The notes below the pieces were generated by a model. The model was not told where the DNA came from. It saw only the letters and a program-made list of their open reading frames with translations, and did no database searches. The position numbers and the translations under genes were made by a program. Shown one piece after another: positions 28,756-38,971 of a DNA stretch of 64,000 nt (positions within the stretch are counted from its first letter, which is position 1; each line of letters begins with the position of its first letter). The DNA comes from Candidatus Levyibacteriota bacterium (GTDB taxonomy: Bacteria; Patescibacteriota; Microgenomatia; Levybacterales; UBA12049): assembly GCA_041906785.1 (NCBI GenBank), contig JAYRIM010000021.1:17881-81880 (forward strand). The letters are read 5' to 3'.

Positions 28756-29440
28756 TGAAGAAAAACTTCTCTGGGCGCAAGGAATTTCGCATGTTGTAGG
28801 TATTGATGAAGTAGGTAGAGGTGCATTCGCCGGACCGTTGGTGGCAGCTGGAGTTATTTTTAATCCATGCTTATGCAGTTCGTTAGAACAATGTGAACGA
28901 TGCGTTCAAAAAGAACTAAACGAAATTCATGACTCTAAATTGCTTACACCAACTAAGAGAGAAGAACTTAGTCTATATATTCAAAAAACTGCTTTTGCTT
29001 GGAGCATAGCAGAAGTGTCAATTTCAGTTATTAATCGTATTGGCATAGGAAAAGCTACTCAGATTGCATTTAAGAAGGTAGTATCAAGTATTTCGTATAA
29101 AGTATTATGTATAAATCAAGAAAGAAGTAAACAAAAAATACATAATACACGGAGTTTCTTTCTTATTGATGGTTTTCCAATTGAGAAAATGAAAGGAGAC
29201 TCTCAAAAGGCCATAATTAAGGGTGACCAAATAAGTATTTCCATAGCAGCAGCTTCTATTATTGCAAAAGTGTATAGAGATAAACGTATGAAAGAATATC
29301 CAGAGAAATATGCTATGTATCACTTTGATAAACATAAAGGGTACGGGACAAAAGAACATCAAGAAGCGATCAGAAAATATGGTTTAAGTGATATTCATAG
29401 AAAATCATTCCACTTATCGAAATTTACTACTTCTCTATAA
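28727..29440 (+). CDS. rnhB: ribonuclease HII
   Basis: GIDEVGRG, DSK, KGD, AASIIAKV, HKGYGT. Confidence 0.95.
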   Translation: MKKQIPPSFNEEKLLWAQGISHVVGIDEVGRGAFAGPLVAAGVIFNPCLCSSLEQCERCVQKELNEIHDSKLLTPTKREELSLYIQKTAFAWSIAEVSISVINRIGIGKATQIAFKKVVSSISYKVLCINQERSKQKIHNTRSFFLIDGFPIEKMKGDSQKAIIKGDQISISIAAASIIAKVYRDKRMKEYPEKYAMYHFDKHKGYGTKEHQEAIRKYGLSDIHRKSFHLSKFTTSL

Positions 29441-29531
29441 CGCTTCGTAAAATAAGAGAATTAAAAAAGAAAGTAATACTGATCTATTGACAGACTACAT
29501 AAACTGAGAGCATAGTGTATTTAAAGAGGTA

Positions 29532-29547
29532 TGTGATCTAGATCACA
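29532..29547. promoter_or_regulatory. perfect CRP box TGTGA-TCTAGA-TCACA
   Basis: Identical to the E. coli CRP consensus core; just downstream of a TTGACA...CATAGT promoter candidate. Confidence 0.75.
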
Positions 29548-29578
29548 TGATATTTCCTCTGAAAGGGGGTGATAGTAC

Positions 29579-29974
29579 ATGGATTTTAAAAATGTTCTTA
29601 CTCCTCGAGGTTTTCTTTCACTAGGTGGGGTTGTCCTCGTCCTCGTAGGTGTTTTAGGCTTCTTAGGTGTTATCGGTCCCACAGCTCAACAAAGTCTTTT
29701 TGGTGATGCATGGTGGTTTGATAATGCTGAAAATGTAGCTCACACCGTACTCGGTGTAGTAGCTCTTTTAGCTCCTATGGTCGTAAAACAGGACAATATG
29801 CTGAAATGGTTAGTCACTGTTGTAGGATTAGTTGGACTTCTTGTCGGACTATACAACTTTACCAGTACACAGTTACTAGGTGCGAATTTAGAAAGCCCAG
29901 CAGATCTCGTTTTACATCTCGTAGTAGGTGCTTGGGGGCTCGCAGCCGGCCTCATGCCGAGAAAGACTGCGTAA
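29579..29974 (+). CDS. 4-TM membrane protein (DUF4383-like)
   Basis: N-x-x-H...LHL histidine pattern; strong SD AAGGGGGT. Confidence 0.65.
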   Translation: MDFKNVLTPRGFLSLGGVVLVLVGVLGFLGVIGPTAQQSLFGDAWWFDNAENVAHTVLGVVALLAPMVVKQDNMLKWLVTVVGLVGLLVGLYNFTSTQLLGANLESPADLVLHLVVGAWGLAAGLMPRKTA

Positions 29975-30141
29975 TTACATATTGTATTTATCAGAACCGC
30001 ATAGATATCTATGCGGTTCTTTTTTTGTTTTAATCCACTTCTTTCCGTGCTCACAAATAAAGAGATTGAAAGGTTTTTGTAACATTTATATCAAGTTTGA
30101 TGAATCATAGATGTTTATAGTATAGCCATAAGGAGGAACCT

Positions 30142-31497
30142 ATGACTTTTGAAAGAAATAGCCAATCCTTAAGATTTAAAACTATACCATCCCGAACAAG
30201 TTTTATTCGGGATTATAATGTTACTCCAATTCGCGTGTCTTCTGTACATCCTTTTAGTGCAGAAAGGATGAAACAAACATATTTTCATTCGAAAGCAGGA
30301 CCTCGTTTTTCACCTGAACAGAATGTTTTTCTCAAAAGTTTTAGTAAAAATGTAGAAATATTTAGTAGCACCCCTAGAAAACATCAATCGAGTGAAATAC
30401 CACGAATCCGGAAACCAGATGTAAAGCCCTATAATCCTCTTCCTTCTATAGTTCATGAAGGTCCGGTTTCTCAAAGGGATTTGAATAGAAGCCGAGTTGA
30501 ATGGAAAAACGATAGTAGCGAAAAAAGAATAAAGAAAAGTGAAAATATTACAAGATTGAATGAAAAGCCACATTTATTCAGACGAGGTGATCAAATAGGC
30601 GCAAAACCTGAATCTACAAATGAAAGATTACGGGTGACACGTGAAACATTAAGAAAGGAAAAAAGTGATTATCGCCAAACACATATTGAGCAAACTGTTC
30701 AAGCAGTATCAGCAATTAGAACTGAACTCCGTACAATAAGACAAGAATATTCTCCTTTTAGTGCAAAAACAAACGAGCAAACAAGAAAATCTACTCCAAA
30801 AGATTCATTATATGCATTGATGAAATTAATGCAAAAAGCAAAAGCAGTAGAAATGATGCTTGAAGGAAAAAAATTAAGTAGAAAAGAAGAAAAATTATTT
30901 ATAAAAATGAGAAAAACGTTAAGAAAACAACAAGAAAAGATAATGAGATTCCGAAGAAAACTAAAAGAAAAATACCAACGTCTTCGAGAAAAAGCTCTAA
31001 TACGAAAAGAACAACAAAAAAGACCAAGTGGATTTGCAGTAGATTATTTGATGAATATGAATAGAGTTATGCTAGTGAAACAAGCATATGAGTTTGCGAA
31101 AGGTCACAGAACATTTTTAACTACAATTCTGAAGGGTAATACCATTACAGGAAATGAAATAGCAAAATATATATCTGTTAGATCAAAATCATTAAAAAGT
31201 AGAATACGGGAGCTTAAAGGAAGAGCACGCGATGGGGGACTGGTACTGTTTAAAAACTTTATTAAAAGTATTGGAAAAATTGAATCAGTTCAGCAAGCAG
31301 AAGAACATGCTAAATATGCAGCAAATCAATATCCTGCTGTTGTCCGAAGTAGATATGATGAAGGACTTGATGGATATGTGCGGAATGTCGTATTAATGGA
31401 TAGAAGAGATAAGGAAGAAGAACAAAAAAATCGAAAAGTTACTACGAATCACATCGTATTTCCTGCAAGAAATCATCAAACTGCTTTAGCTGCTTAA
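30142..31497 (+). CDS. hypothetical basic protein
   Basis: 451-aa ORF, AAGGAGG SD, K/R-rich coiled coil. Confidence 0.6.
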   Translation: MTFERNSQSLRFKTIPSRTSFIRDYNVTPIRVSSVHPFSAERMKQTYFHSKAGPRFSPEQNVFLKSFSKNVEIFSSTPRKHQSSEIPRIRKPDVKPYNPLPSIVHEGPVSQRDLNRSRVEWKNDSSEKRIKKSENITRLNEKPHLFRRGDQIGAKPESTNERLRVTRETLRKEKSDYRQTHIEQTVQAVSAIRTELRTIRQEYSPFSAKTNEQTRKSTPKDSLYALMKLMQKAKAVEMMLEGKKLSRKEEKLFIKMRKTLRKQQEKIMRFRRKLKEKYQRLREKALIRKEQQKRPSGFAVDYLMNMNRVMLVKQAYEFAKGHRTFLTTILKGNTITGNEIAKYISVRSKSLKSRIRELKGRARDGGLVLFKNFIKSIGKIESVQQAEEHAKYAANQYPAVVRSRYDEGLDGYVRNVVLMDRRDKEEEQKNRKVTTNHIVFPARNHQTALAA

Positions 31498-31498
31498 T

Positions 31499-33160
31499 TT
31501 AAGAAGCCTGTTTCTGATGAGGATTTTCTTCTATCAAATATTGTGCGGCATATGCTTCAGTTACATCGATTTTCTTATGGGGATTAAAAATAGAATCTGG
31601 GTCGAAGATTTCCTTTATTCTTTTAAATATACCATACATTTCTTTTCCAAACATTTTTTCTAAATAAGGGCTTCGTATTAAGCCATCATTATGTTCACCG
31701 GTGAGTGACCCACCGAATTTTAAAGTCAAATCAAAAACTTTTTTTCCCACAGAATATATCTTCGCTCGTTCCTTCGGATCTGATAAATCCATAAGCGGGA
31801 TAATATGGAAATTGCCATTTCCTATGTGTCCTGCAATTGTTGCTTGGATATGAGATTCATCAATTATTTTATATAACTCAGGGAGAAATTCCGGATAGAC
31901 TTCAGGTTTTACACATGTATCATCGATAAACGGCGCAGCGTATTTATTTTTTACGTGATGTCGTAATAAATTAAAACTTTCTCTGCGGATAGCCCAGTAT
32001 TTTTTTCGCTCTGATTCATTATGTGTGATTTTTAATTGTAGATTATCAAATTGAATCAGTTCATCAGATAAGGATTTAAGCTTCTGATGTATAGTATGAA
32101 TACTATCATCTTCAAATTCTACGAGTAGAACTAGTTTAGGCATACCTTTGGCGAGCACATATGCGTATTCAGGTAAAAATTGCTTAATTGTCTGAAAAGG
32201 AGAAGATTTTAAAATGGGTGAAAAGCCGGTAACATATCGAAGTGCTAATCGGAGTGTATAATGGTCAAATGTCTCAAAACTATCAGGATTATAGGAAAGA
32301 ACTTTTTTAACAATTTCAGGAAGATTATCTAAATTATCTAAATATGCGACAAGTAGACCGTGATGCTTCTTTTTCTGTACTACTTTCAATGTTGCTTCTG
32401 TAATCAACCCTAGTGTTCCTTGCGAACCAACAAACAATTTAGTCATATCAAAATGTTCTTTATCCCAAACTCGCCAGATTGTATATCCGGCAGAATTTTT
32501 TGAAACATCAGGTTTATATTTCTGAATCTTTTCATAATTCGATTCAACTAACTTAAATACCTCCCGATATACTTGTCCCTCAAAGGTTTTTAAATCCATT
32601 TTCTTTTCTAGTTCGCTTTTCGTAATTTTAGTGAAAGTATACACATTCCCATCTCTTAAGATAACTTTTAAAGAAGTCACGAAATCTTCAGCCTTACCAA
32701 ACTGTAACGATTTTTCGCCTCCTGCATTATTCGCCACTATTCCACCTACAGCACATAAACGTTTAGAGGACGGATAGGGGGGATATATAAGATCATGTTT
32801 TAGTAATTCATGCTCAAGATCTCTAAAATAAACTCCTGGTTCTACCACGGCTTCGTTGTGAGAAATCTTATGGATTTTATTAAACTTTTCAAATGCGATA
32901 AGAATAGACTCAGTAAGCGAACCCCCACTCATACAAGTACCTGCAGCACGGGCTGCTACTGATAAATGGGGATGTATGTGTTTATGTTCGTTTAAAAAAT
33001 GTATAATTTTTTGCAGATCTGCTACAGATTCCGGAAAAACAACTGCAAGCGGCTTCATTTGGAAAACACTCGCATCTCGTTTATATTTCTCACGAGTTTC
33101 ATCGTCAAGGAAAACCTTGTTAGGTAGTAATTGTTGGAGTTGGGCCAGAACGTTTATCAT
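31499..33160 (-). CDS. FAD-binding oxidoreductase (GlcD / D-lactate dehydrogenase family)
   Basis: AAGTCMSG, GSQGTLG, GHIGNGNFH, GEHNDG, FNPHK. Confidence 0.85.
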   Translation of the reverse strand: MINVLAQLQQLLPNKVFLDDETREKYKRDASVFQMKPLAVVFPESVADLQKIIHFLNEHKHIHPHLSVAARAAGTCMSGGSLTESILIAFEKFNKIHKISHNEAVVEPGVYFRDLEHELLKHDLIYPPYPSSKRLCAVGGIVANNAGGEKSLQFGKAEDFVTSLKVILRDGNVYTFTKITKSELEKKMDLKTFEGQVYREVFKLVESNYEKIQKYKPDVSKNSAGYTIWRVWDKEHFDMTKLFVGSQGTLGLITEATLKVVQKKKHHGLLVAYLDNLDNLPEIVKKVLSYNPDSFETFDHYTLRLALRYVTGFSPILKSSPFQTIKQFLPEYAYVLAKGMPKLVLLVEFEDDSIHTIHQKLKSLSDELIQFDNLQLKITHNESERKKYWAIRRESFNLLRHHVKNKYAAPFIDDTCVKPEVYPEFLPELYKIIDESHIQATIAGHIGNGNFHIIPLMDLSDPKERAKIYSVGKKVFDLTLKFGGSLTGEHNDGLIRSPYLEKMFGKEMYGIFKRIKEIFDPDSIFNPHKKIDVTEAYAAQYLIEENPHQKQAS

Positions 33161-33246
33161 AAGGGACCTAAGAGCCAGAAGAGCCAGAGGTACCAAAGGC
33201 TTAAACATTTGTCTCCTTTGGCCCCTTTGTCTCTTTTGGAACCTCT
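33161..33246. repeat. 9-bp-periodic imperfect inverted repeat
   Basis: AAGGGACCT AAGAGCCAG AAGAGCCAG AGGTACCAA...TTGTCTCCT TTGGCCCCT TTGTCTCTT TTGGAACCT. Confidence 0.7.
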
Positions 33247-33248
33247 AA

Positions 33249-34274
33249 CTATTTTTTCATTACACATTTCACTGCTTCTTTTATCGCAGGAATGTCCATA
33301 TGGTATTTAGCAAGTAATTCTGGTGTTTTACCGGATTCTGCAAATGTGTCTTGCAAACCTATAAATGCCATTTTCGTTGGTCGTTTTTTAGCAAGTATCT
33401 CTGCGATCATGCCACCCAATCCTCCAGTTACTTGGTGATCTTCGACAGTGACAACTGCTCCTGATTTATTCACAGCCTGAATAATCTGATCCTCCTTAAT
33501 AGGTTTGATAGTCGGAACGTTAAACACGTCTACAGAGATATGTTCCCCTTCAAGTTCTCTAGCTGCAAGCAACGCATGATAGGTCATGTAGCCCATCGAA
33601 AAAATAGTTGCAATTGGTGCATCTGATTTCCAAAAATGTTGAATACTTCCAAGATCAAAAGGGGTTTCTTCAGTAGTCATCACAGGAGTTTTATCCCGGG
33701 TAAATCGTATATACACAGGACCGTCGGTTTCAGCGGCTAGAATCGTTACCTTTTTACCCTGTAACGCATCAACAGGGACGAAAATACTCATTCCAGGCCA
33801 GGCACGGGTTGAAGAAATATCTTCAGTTGCTTGATGAGTAGCGCCATCAGGACCGGTCATTATTCCCGCATGATGCCCGGCTATTTTAACATTGGTTCGA
33901 TTATAAACAGCAGTAGTACGTATAGTTTCCCAGTTCTTACCTGGCGAAAAGGTAGCATATGAGGATATAAAAGCTGTTTTTCCAGCTGCAGCGAGTCCAG
34001 CGGCAACTGCTGCCATATTTTGTTCAGCAACACCGCATTCGAAGAATCTATCAGGATATTTTTTTTCAAAACCGTTAGCTTTCGTGGATTCTGAAAGATC
34101 AGCAGTTAACACAACAACATTTTGATTTTTTTCACCGAGAATTTCAAGCCCATCACCATACCCTTCACGAGTCGCCCGCTGCTCAACATCTTTATCGAAT
34201 AATTTCGAATTTAATTTAAGGTCAGGATTTAGCATATTATTTTTTACAACATTTTGTTTTTTCAAAAAAAACAT
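33249..34274 (-). CDS. transketolase, C-terminal subunit
   Basis: ADL...GVAEQNM, DGATHQ, EDHQVTGGLG. Confidence 0.9.
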   Translation of the reverse strand: MFFLKKQNVVKNNMLNPDLKLNSKLFDKDVEQRATREGYGDGLEILGEKNQNVVVLTADLSESTKANGFEKKYPDRFFECGVAEQNMAAVAAGLAAAGKTAFISSYATFSPGKNWETIRTTAVYNRTNVKIAGHHAGIMTGPDGATHQATEDISSTRAWPGMSIFVPVDALQGKKVTILAAETDGPVYIRFTRDKTPVMTTEETPFDLGSIQHFWKSDAPIATIFSMGYMTYHALLAARELEGEHISVDVFNVPTIKPIKEDQIIQAVNKSGAVVTVEDHQVTGGLGGMIAEILAKKRPTKMAFIGLQDTFAESGKTPELLAKYHMDIPAIKEAVKCVMKK

Positions 34275-34327
34275 TGCAACAAGAAAAATTCCTGTGAATT
34301 CTAAAGTATTGATTAATTATGTTAATT

Positions 34328-34531
34328 TTATATCGGTTTAATCATTTCTAGTATTCTTTCTAGACAATAATAATTAGTAAGACCAGTTCTCTTTGTTGGT
34401 GAAATTAAATCACTTAAAAAAGATGGACAATCTGGAAAACGAATAGTTCGCACATTTTCATCTATAAATGGTTGAGATGCTAAAACAATAATAAAATCAA
34501 ATAACAGTATTTGTGTGGTTTTATTTTTCAT
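34328..34531 (-). CDS. small hypothetical protein
   Basis: 67-aa AT-rich ORF, co-oriented. Confidence 0.3.
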   Translation of the reverse strand: MKNKTTQILLFDFIIVLASQPFIDENVRTIRFPDCPSFLSDLISPTKRTGLTNYYCLERILEMIKPI

Positions 34532-34535
34532 TAAG

Positions 34536-34844
34536 TTACTTATATTTACTACGAGTTAAAATTTTCTTTTTAAAAATTATTTTTAATATAATAATATAAT
34601 ATAGAACAATCGTCCATGAGATAATAAGTGTGGGAAGAAGTAATGAAATTTTTCTATCAAAATTACAAGATCCTACGACAGCGCCTGATAACGGATAGCA
34701 TAGTGTTGGCCATAGAGTAATTGAAATTCCTAACAATTTGAGTAAGAAATCACTTAGTATAAATGTAAAAATTGCTAATACTATTGCAATACTTAATGCA
34801 ATTATATTATTATTCCTCTCTTTTCTTTTAGTAGAATTATTCAT
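34536..34844 (-). CDS. small 2-TM hypothetical protein
   Basis: 102-aa ORF overlapping the upstream stop. Confidence 0.45.
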   Translation of the reverse strand: MNNSTKRKERNNNIIALSIAIVLAIFTFILSDFLLKLLGISITLWPTLCYPLSGAVVGSCNFDRKISLLLPTLIISWTIVLYYIIILKIIFKKKILTRSKYK

Positions 34845-37077
34845 GTTCGCTTTTTATCCTTCCTTGTAATGTACGTAATTCATTCAGTGCTTTTTTTGCT
34901 TCTTCTGGATTTGGCGGTTTTCCATGCCAGAGATAATTTTCTTCCATAAAATCCACACCTCTTCCAGGTATCGTATGGGCGATGATACATGTCGGTTTTT
35001 CAAAGATTGAATTCGCTTCGCGAACTGCATCGACAATAGCTCTATAGTTATGACCATCTATTTCAATTACGGACCAGTTAAATGCTTCATACTTCGCCCG
35101 AAGTGGTTCTAGAGGCATAATTTGTTCGGTAACTCCGTCTATCTGAATATTATTTCTATCAATAATAACAGTCAAATTATTAACTTTGTATTTTCCCGCA
35201 AACATAATTGCCTCCCATGTATTGCCTTCTTGATGTTCACCATCTGAAGTCAGACAATATACTTGGTATCTTTTTTTATCTAACTTTGCAGCTAATGCCA
35301 TACCTATTGCCTGTGATAGCCCTTCACCAAGCGGACCTGATGTATTCTCAACACCTGGCAATGCACCACGATGCGGATGTCCTTGTAATCTTGAATTTAT
35401 TTTTCGAAGCGTCTTTAACTCTTCTACTGGGAAAAAACCAGCTAAAGCCATTGTAACGTATTGGACGGGACAAATATGTCCGTTTGATAAGACTAATCTA
35501 TCTCTGTCTGGATCTGTCGGATTTTTCGGGTCAATATTAAGAATATGGAAATACATACATGCGAAAATATCTGCCATACCAAGTGGCCCAGCTGAATGAC
35601 CAGAACCTGCCTCTAAAAGTGTTTCAATGATCAATTGGCGTATTTGTGTGGCTTTATCTTCTAACTCTGCCACTTTATCATCGTGAAGTTCAGGAATAAC
35701 GAAATTTGAAGTTGTTTTTACTGAAATCTCTCCTGTTTTTATTTCAGTTACTTGAGAAGTTGTTTTTCCTTGCGGTTTCTCAATAGTTAATGAAGCGTCT
35801 TTCTTTCGTAATACTAGAATAATATCTGCGACATTGGAAGGAAGTTTCCCGGTCACTAAAGCATCGTTTGTTTTTTCAAGGAATTTCAGAGAATCATTAT
35901 TCTTTATATATTCTTCAGGGTTTAGTTGAGCTTTTTCAGCTTTCTCGACTGTCGTATTATCGACAATTCCACCTGCATTATGTGAATTATCCCAGCCGTC
36001 TGTACCGACTGAAGCTATTGTAACTGCGTCTCCGACGTAGGGGAGAGCAGCAAGGACGAGTTGTTGGTTTCTGCCTCCCTCTCCATTTCCTGTAACTTTT
36101 ACTGTTGTCTCTCCACCGGCGAGAAGAATCTGGCCAGGTTTTACTTGTTCTATTAAAAATTTACCCGCTTCGTTCGCATCTGCTTGATATTGATCAGAAT
36201 ATATGACAGCTTCATATCCTAATTCTGTAGCTTTATCTTTCATTGCGTTTAATGCAGTTATATTACTTAACATGACAACTGGGGAAACATGTTCAAAATA
36301 TTGGTCTTCTTTCGGGGTTTCCATAAAACATTCATTTAGGGACAACTCTGTAAGCTGAGGATACTTTTCTAAAAGCATTCTTACATCAGCGAGAGTAGAC
36401 GCGTCTTTTACTGTTGGCCCAGAAGCAATTGTCGATAAATCATTTCCTGGCACATCAGAATAAACAAGTGTTACTATCTCTGCGGGGTATAAAATTTTCG
36501 CGAGTCCTCCTCCTTTTACGGCTGACAAATGTTTTCGGATAACGTTCATTTCTTTTATATTTGCACCGCAGTGAAGAAGGGTTTTGTCTACTGCGATTTT
36601 TTGTTCAAATGTAATTCCTTTTGGAAGCTCAAACATAGCAGACCCACCACCACAAATAACTACCAGCACAAGATCCTTCTGGGTTAGTTGATATGACTCC
36701 ATTTTTTCGACTACTTGTTTCGTAAATTCGACATTTTCTGCAGATGGAAGTGGGTGAGTTCCTTTCGTAAAATTAAGCTTTGCAAACTGCTGTTCGATAA
36801 CGTCAATTACATACCCATCAGTTAACCGCTCCATTAATAATTGTTCTAGTAAATATGCGTTTTTAGCAGCTCCTTTACCGAATCCGATGAGGAATATTCT
36901 CTGATAATCAGCGAGATTGTATTGTTTATCTTGTACGATCAGTGTTTCACCCTCTAATGATATTGATTTCTTCAATACAGCTTCTGGCTGTAAAGCGGCA
37001 AATCCTGTATCGATAAGATTAAGAAGGATTGTTCTTTCTGGAGTTGTAGCAAGATCTTGGAAATTTCGTACCATCAT
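34837..37077 (-). CDS. fusion of glycerate 2-kinase (GckA/TtuD, DUF4147+MOFRL) and transketolase N-terminal subunit
   Basis: GFGKGA, THPLP, KGGGLA, GGETTV..GGRNQ, GTDG; then SGHS, LSNGH, LQGHP, DGEHQEG. Confidence 0.9.
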   Translation of the reverse strand: MMVRNFQDLATTPERTILLNLIDTGFAALQPEAVLKKSISLEGETLIVQDKQYNLADYQRIFLIGFGKGAAKNAYLLEQLLMERLTDGYVIDVIEQQFAKLNFTKGTHPLPSAENVEFTKQVVEKMESYQLTQKDLVLVVICGGGSAMFELPKGITFEQKIAVDKTLLHCGANIKEMNVIRKHLSAVKGGGLAKILYPAEIVTLVYSDVPGNDLSTIASGPTVKDASTLADVRMLLEKYPQLTELSLNECFMETPKEDQYFEHVSPVVMLSNITALNAMKDKATELGYEAVIYSDQYQADANEAGKFLIEQVKPGQILLAGGETTVKVTGNGEGGRNQQLVLAALPYVGDAVTIASVGTDGWDNSHNAGGIVDNTTVEKAEKAQLNPEEYIKNNDSLKFLEKTNDALVTGKLPSNVADIILVLRKKDASLTIEKPQGKTTSQVTEIKTGEISVKTTSNFVIPELHDDKVAELEDKATQIRQLIIETLLEAGSGHSAGPLGMADIFACMYFHILNIDPKNPTDPDRDRLVLSNGHICPVQYVTMALAGFFPVEELKTLRKINSRLQGHPHRGALPGVENTSGPLGEGLSQAIGMALAAKLDKKRYQVYCLTSDGEHQEGNTWEAIMFAGKYKVNNLTVIIDRNNIQIDGVTEQIMPLEPLRAKYEAFNWSVIEIDGHNYRAIVDAVREANSIFEKPTCIIAHTIPGRGVDFMEENYLWHGKPPNPEEAKKALNELRTLQGRIKSEHE

Positions 37078-37177
37078 AACTACTACCAGCTTACCCAAAT
37101 TTTTACTGTTTGTCTAGAATTAAGTTTGAGAGATAGATATTGTATTACCTATATCGACTTGATATCATGAATATGAT

Positions 37178-37795
37178 ATGCGGAAATTTGTTTTCTTATT
37201 TCTGATTTTTTCCTTTTTTGTTACACCATATACATATGCTGCGAAGCCAACACCTCCATCATTTAATCCTAAATCTGTTTGTATTGATGCTGGTCATGGA
37301 GGAAGTGATCCAGGAACTGTAAACAGTGATTTACTAGAAAAAAATGTAAATTTGGATACTGCACTTCGATTAGAATCGAAACTTGTAAATGCTGGATATA
37401 TAGTCTATATGACGAGAACAAATGATGTGTCACTTTCAAATGCTGATCGTTATAGTTATTGTAATGCTCAGAAAGCGAGCATTTTAATTTCTATTCACCA
37501 TAACGGCTCTTCTGACATAGCGATTGATTACACATCTGCTCTATACATGAAAAAAACAGATCAAAAACTTGCGAGTATTGTTTCAAGCGAAATTTCATCA
37601 TTTTTAGGACTTCCTATTTACGGAATATCCCGTTTCGCTTCAGGTGTATTGCTAAAAGCTGAAATGCCAGCGACTATTTCAGAAGGTTTTTTCTTAACAA
37701 ATAGTGAAGAATATTCATTAATAAAAAATAATGAGAGGTTGAATCAAGAGGCAGATGCACTTTTTTCTTCTATCCAGAAGTACTTCAATAATTAA
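37178..37795 (+). CDS. N-acetylmuramoyl-L-alanine amidase (Amidase_3)
   Basis: IDAGHGGSDPG, EK..NL, SIHHN; signal peptide. Confidence 0.9.
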   Translation: MRKFVFLFLIFSFFVTPYTYAAKPTPPSFNPKSVCIDAGHGGSDPGTVNSDLLEKNVNLDTALRLESKLVNAGYIVYMTRTNDVSLSNADRYSYCNAQKASILISIHHNGSSDIAIDYTSALYMKKTDQKLASIVSSEISSFLGLPIYGISRFASGVLLKAEMPATISEGFFLTNSEEYSLIKNNERLNQEADALFSSIQKYFNN

Positions 37796-37796
37796 G

Positions 37797-37868
37797 TGAG
37801 CCTGGGAGGATTTGAACCTCCAACCAATACCTTAAGAGGGTACTGCTCTACCGTTGAGCTACAGGCCC
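37797..37868 (-). tRNA. tRNA-Lys(CTT)
   Basis: Reverse complement cloverleaf, anticodon loop CT-CTT-AA. Confidence 0.95.
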
Positions 37869-38007
37869 GTTATAAAAATGAAAATTTAAATCTCAAATAG
37901 CTAAAATACAGTTGTTATTGTAGCAAAAAACATATCCCACCACCACTTCTTAGATAGATCATATAGATTGCAACAATTTATTTAGTGTGATACCGTCTGC
38001 ACAAAAT

Positions 38008-38682
38008 ATGGCTGAGCAAGTGAGACCATCTATATATGAAGACACTACGAATTTAAGGCCTGAGAGTGCGGCAGATGAAAGATTTCGTGCGTTACGAAAT
38101 CGCTTTCGCTATTTAACCACAATGTTCACCACTGGTGAGCCTAATTTTCGACCTCAGGAACGATCACAAGCATTTGATTGGCATCTTTATGTCGATAACA
38201 AACCTACATTTTTACGTATGTATGTTAATACTTTCGGATATGCATTTAAAGAACCTGGTGCAAGTTTCGTAATTAACGAAAGGTCTCGTGTACACATACC
38301 AGCAGGGAAACCTTTTCAGCCCACAGAGAGATCTAGTGATTTAGATGATGAAATGTTAAAAATTTGGGAGGTTTTAGATACTATCGCACAATTGGAGAAT
38401 CAAGTAGGAAGAGGAATAGAACCAGCACACAGAGAAGTTTTTGAAGGCAGAGGAGAATTCTTTTATCCCCATTTTGTGGTTGATGATCATTTATCTAGAG
38501 AGGGAATAGCTCTTTACTCCAATTCAGGTATAACTATTCCTTTACACGAAATAGGTTTCGGATCTGCTAAAGAAACAAATATAGTTGTAGGGTTATTTTT
38601 TAAACCAGTAACCTATGTTGAACATGCAAGAACAAAAGATTCTATACGATCACATGGTCAAGTATATCCTCTTATCGTTTAG
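38008..38682 (+). CDS. hypothetical protein between two tRNAs
   Basis: Long ORF, no recognised motif. Confidence 0.55.
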   Translation: MAEQVRPSIYEDTTNLRPESAADERFRALRNRFRYLTTMFTTGEPNFRPQERSQAFDWHLYVDNKPTFLRMYVNTFGYAFKEPGASFVINERSRVHIPAGKPFQPTERSSDLDDEMLKIWEVLDTIAQLENQVGRGIEPAHREVFEGRGEFFYPHFVVDDHLSREGIALYSNSGITIPLHEIGFGSAKETNIVVGLFFKPVTYVEHARTKDSIRSHGQVYPLIV

Positions 38683-38755
38683 TACGCCCGAGAGGAGTCG
38701 AACCTCCAACCCTGTGGTCCGAAGCCACATGCTCTATCCATTAAGCTACGGGCGC
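38683..38755 (-). tRNA. tRNA-Arg(TCG)
   Basis: Reverse complement GCGCCCGTAGCTTAATGGATAGAGC...CT-TCG-GA...GGTTCGACTCC. Confidence 0.95.
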
Positions 38756-38971
38756 TAATTCAGTTGCTCGCCTCGCTATAGCTTTGGCGAAGCGAGTCGG
38801 TTTTCTGTTGTCAGTTATTAGTTTTAACATCACAAACAGAAGCTAATGGCTATTCTAACAGTAATTATTACCTACTGCAATAAATGTGTGACCAGTGCTA
38901 TTGCAGACTTTATCCTTCAGTGATAGACTAACACATGGCTTTTTTAATCAGAAAAAAGTTATACTACTACT

